Assembly (NCBI RefSeq): GCF_964213995.1
Contig: NW_027590154.1
Span: 930,001-994,000, forward strand
Length of the DNA: 64,000 nt
Reading direction: 5' to 3'
Source of the DNA: Mustelus asterias
Lineage: Eukaryota
The notes beneath the pieces are model-generated. The model did not search any database. It was not told the DNA's origin and saw only the letters and a program-made list of their open reading frames with translations. How positions within the stretch are numbered: the stretch's first letter is position 1; each line of letters starts with the position of its first letter. Both the position numbers and the translations under genes were made by a program. This document shows positions 61,770-64,000 of this stretch, piece after piece.

Positions 61770-64000
61770 TCGGAGGTTTTTTTCAAAACAGGGAGTAGGC
61801 CCAGGAGCAGCCTGGGGAATGTTTTTTGGAGGGTTTAAAAGCAGGCTGCACTTTTGAGCGAGCAGCGTCTGGAGCGGGCAGCGGACTGAGCGGGGAGCAG
61901 AGTGTGAGCTGTAAGGGCTTTGGCTCACAGGGCTTCGGCGAAGGCGAGGAAGTTTGTTTGCTTTTCTTCTGGTACACCCCCTTTTTTTGTTTTATCTCCC
62001 AAAAACTAAAAAGGACATGGCTGGTATGAGTGGGAGGCCAGTATACTGCATTCGGTGTGGGATGTGGGAGTTCCTGGAGACAACTTGCCTCCCGGAAATC
62101 CATATCTGTGCCAGATGTGTGGAACTGCAACTCCTGAAGGATCGTGTAAGGGAGCTGGAGCTGAGGCTCGATGAACTCAATTTAGTTAGGGAAAATGAGA
62201 GATTAATAGATAAAAGTTATAGTCAGGTAGTGACACCAGGGTCTCGGAAGGAAGACACGTGGGTCACAGTTAGGAGGGGTAATAGTCAGAAGGGTGATGT
62301 GCCAGAAAGTACCCCAGTGGCAGTCTCCCATAAAAGAAAGGCATGGGCAACAGATGGGAGAAGGGAAGAGAGTGAGCAGTCTGTGGAGGGATCCCCTGTG
62401 GTTGTCCCCCTCCAAAATAGGTATATTGTTTTGGATTCTGTGGAGGGGATGACGCTCCAGGGGTAAGCCACGAGGACCAGATCGCCTCCACGGAGACAGG
62501 CTCAGGCGTCCGGAAGGGAAAGAAGGGGTTTAGGAGAGCGATCGTTGTGGGGGACGCAATGGTTAGAGGCACGGACAGGCGGTTCTGTGGGAGTGAACGA
62601 GAATCCAGGATGGTAGTCTGCCTCCCTGGAGCCGGGGTGCTGGATGTCTCCGAGAGGGTAGGAAGCATATTTAAAAAGGAACGTAATCAAACGGATGTGA
62701 TTATACACATTGGTGAAAATGATGTCGGTCGGAAGAGCAGGGGGGTCATACGAGAGAAATTCAGGGAGTTGGGTGCGAGGCTAAAAAGTAAAGCCTCCAG
62801 GGTAGCAATCTCTGGACTGCTCCCGGTGTCTAGTGCAAGTGAGGCTCGGGACAGGGAGATTCTACAGTTGAACGCGTGGCTAAACGACTGGTGCAAGAGG
62901 GAGGGTTTTAAATTCATAGATAAATGGGAAATCCTCAAGTCAGGATGGCAACTGTACAGAAAGGATGAGTTACACCTTAACTGGAAGGGAGAAAATATCC
63001 TGGCTGGGCGTTTTCCTAGAGTGTTTCGACAGGATTTAACTAGTGTGGCGGGGGGTGGGGAACAAAACAGAAGGTCAGCAAATACTGAGGCTGGGGTTGA
63101 GCTGGGGGCCAGGGCAAGGCTAGCTAAGAAGAGGAGCACTCTGGAGGAGGATGACCTGAGTGGGCCTGGAGGTCTGGAGTGCATCTGCTTCAATGCGAGG
63201 AGCGTAACGGGTAAAACAGACGAACTTAGGGCCTTAATGCTTATGCAGAATTTGGATGTGGTTGCGGTGATGGAAACTTGGTTAAAAGAAGGACAGGACT
63301 GGCAGCTGAATATTCCGGGGTATAAGTGTTTTAGGCGAGACAGAGGAGGGGCTAAAAAAGGTGGGGGAGTAGCGATATTAGTTAAGGAGCATATTACCGT
63401 AGTGCAGAGGGTCGACAACATAGAGGGGTCATGTACTGAGTCGCTGTGGGAGGAACTCAGAAACAGGAAGGGTGCAGTCACTATGCTGGGGGTGTACTAC
63501 AGACCACCCAACAGCCCACGGGAAGTGGAGGAAAGGATATGTCAGGAGATTCTGGATAGGTGCAGAAAAAATAGGGTTGTTGTAGTGGGGGACTTTAATT
63601 TCCCTGGCACAGACTAGAAAGTGCTTAGAGCTGGGGGTGCGGACGGGGAGGAATTTGTAAAATGCGTACTGGAAGGTTCTTTGGAACAGTATGCAGATCG
63701 CCGGACTAGAGAGGGGGCTATACTGGACCTAGTTCTGGGAAATGAGCCCGGTCAGGTCGTCAAAGTTTCGGTAGGGGAACATGTGGCAAATAGTGACCAC
63801 AACTCTGTTAACTTTAGGATAGTAATGGACAAGGATGAGTGCTGTCCTACGGGCAGGGTGCTAAATTGGGGGGAGGCTAACTATAGCCGGATTAGGCAGG
63901 AATTGGTGGATGTTGATTGGGAGAGGATGTTCGAGGGTAAGTCCGCGTCTGGCATGTGGGAGTATTTTAAGGAACTATTGATAAGGCTGCAGGATAGGCA
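61770..64000 (+). mobile_element. 5' portion of a probably full-length CR1 LINE: 5' UTR, ORF1 (zinc finger/leucine zipper + SGNH esterase), start of ORF2 endonuclease; inactivated
   Basis: CIRCGMW..CARCVELQLL..LELRLDEL; GDAMVR..CLPGA..HIGENDV..DELHLN; CFNARS..ETW..YYRPP..GDFN. Frameshifts and a stop at ~63615. Confidence 0.93.

Noticed and set aside
62547-63617. Novel esterase-endonuclease fusion protein
   Set aside because: Explained by a frameshift or lost stop joining CR1 ORF1 to ORF2 in an inactivated copy.

Overview
Eukaryotic DNA from a cartilaginous fish, most likely a shark, judged from NAR-type V sequences, HE1-like SINEs, CR1 LINEs and a two-exon GPR139-like receptor. It is part of the T-cell receptor alpha/delta V-segment array. 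Positions 1-17167 recur, apparently base-for-base, at 36020-53186 (offset 36,019). This defines a ~36-kb tandem duplication whose novel junction (17167/17168) cuts a CR1 LINE and fuses it ~220 bp upstream of a TCR V leader. The unit holds one intact TCR Valpha/delta segment with a canonical 23-RSS (17391-17891) and six defective V segments on both strands. It also holds a decayed NAR-TCR cassette (leader, NAR-type V, possible D, 12-RSS J) with no recognisable supporting Vdelta, an intact two-exon 323-aa GPR139-like GPCR, candidate CTCF sites and CRE promoter motifs, and possibly a decayed C1+TM antigen-receptor remnant. The rest is nested CR1/Rex LINEs, tRNA-head SINEs, a 66-bp minisatellite, a possible decayed single-exon VJ-type IgV, and the 5' end of a CR1 running off the window.
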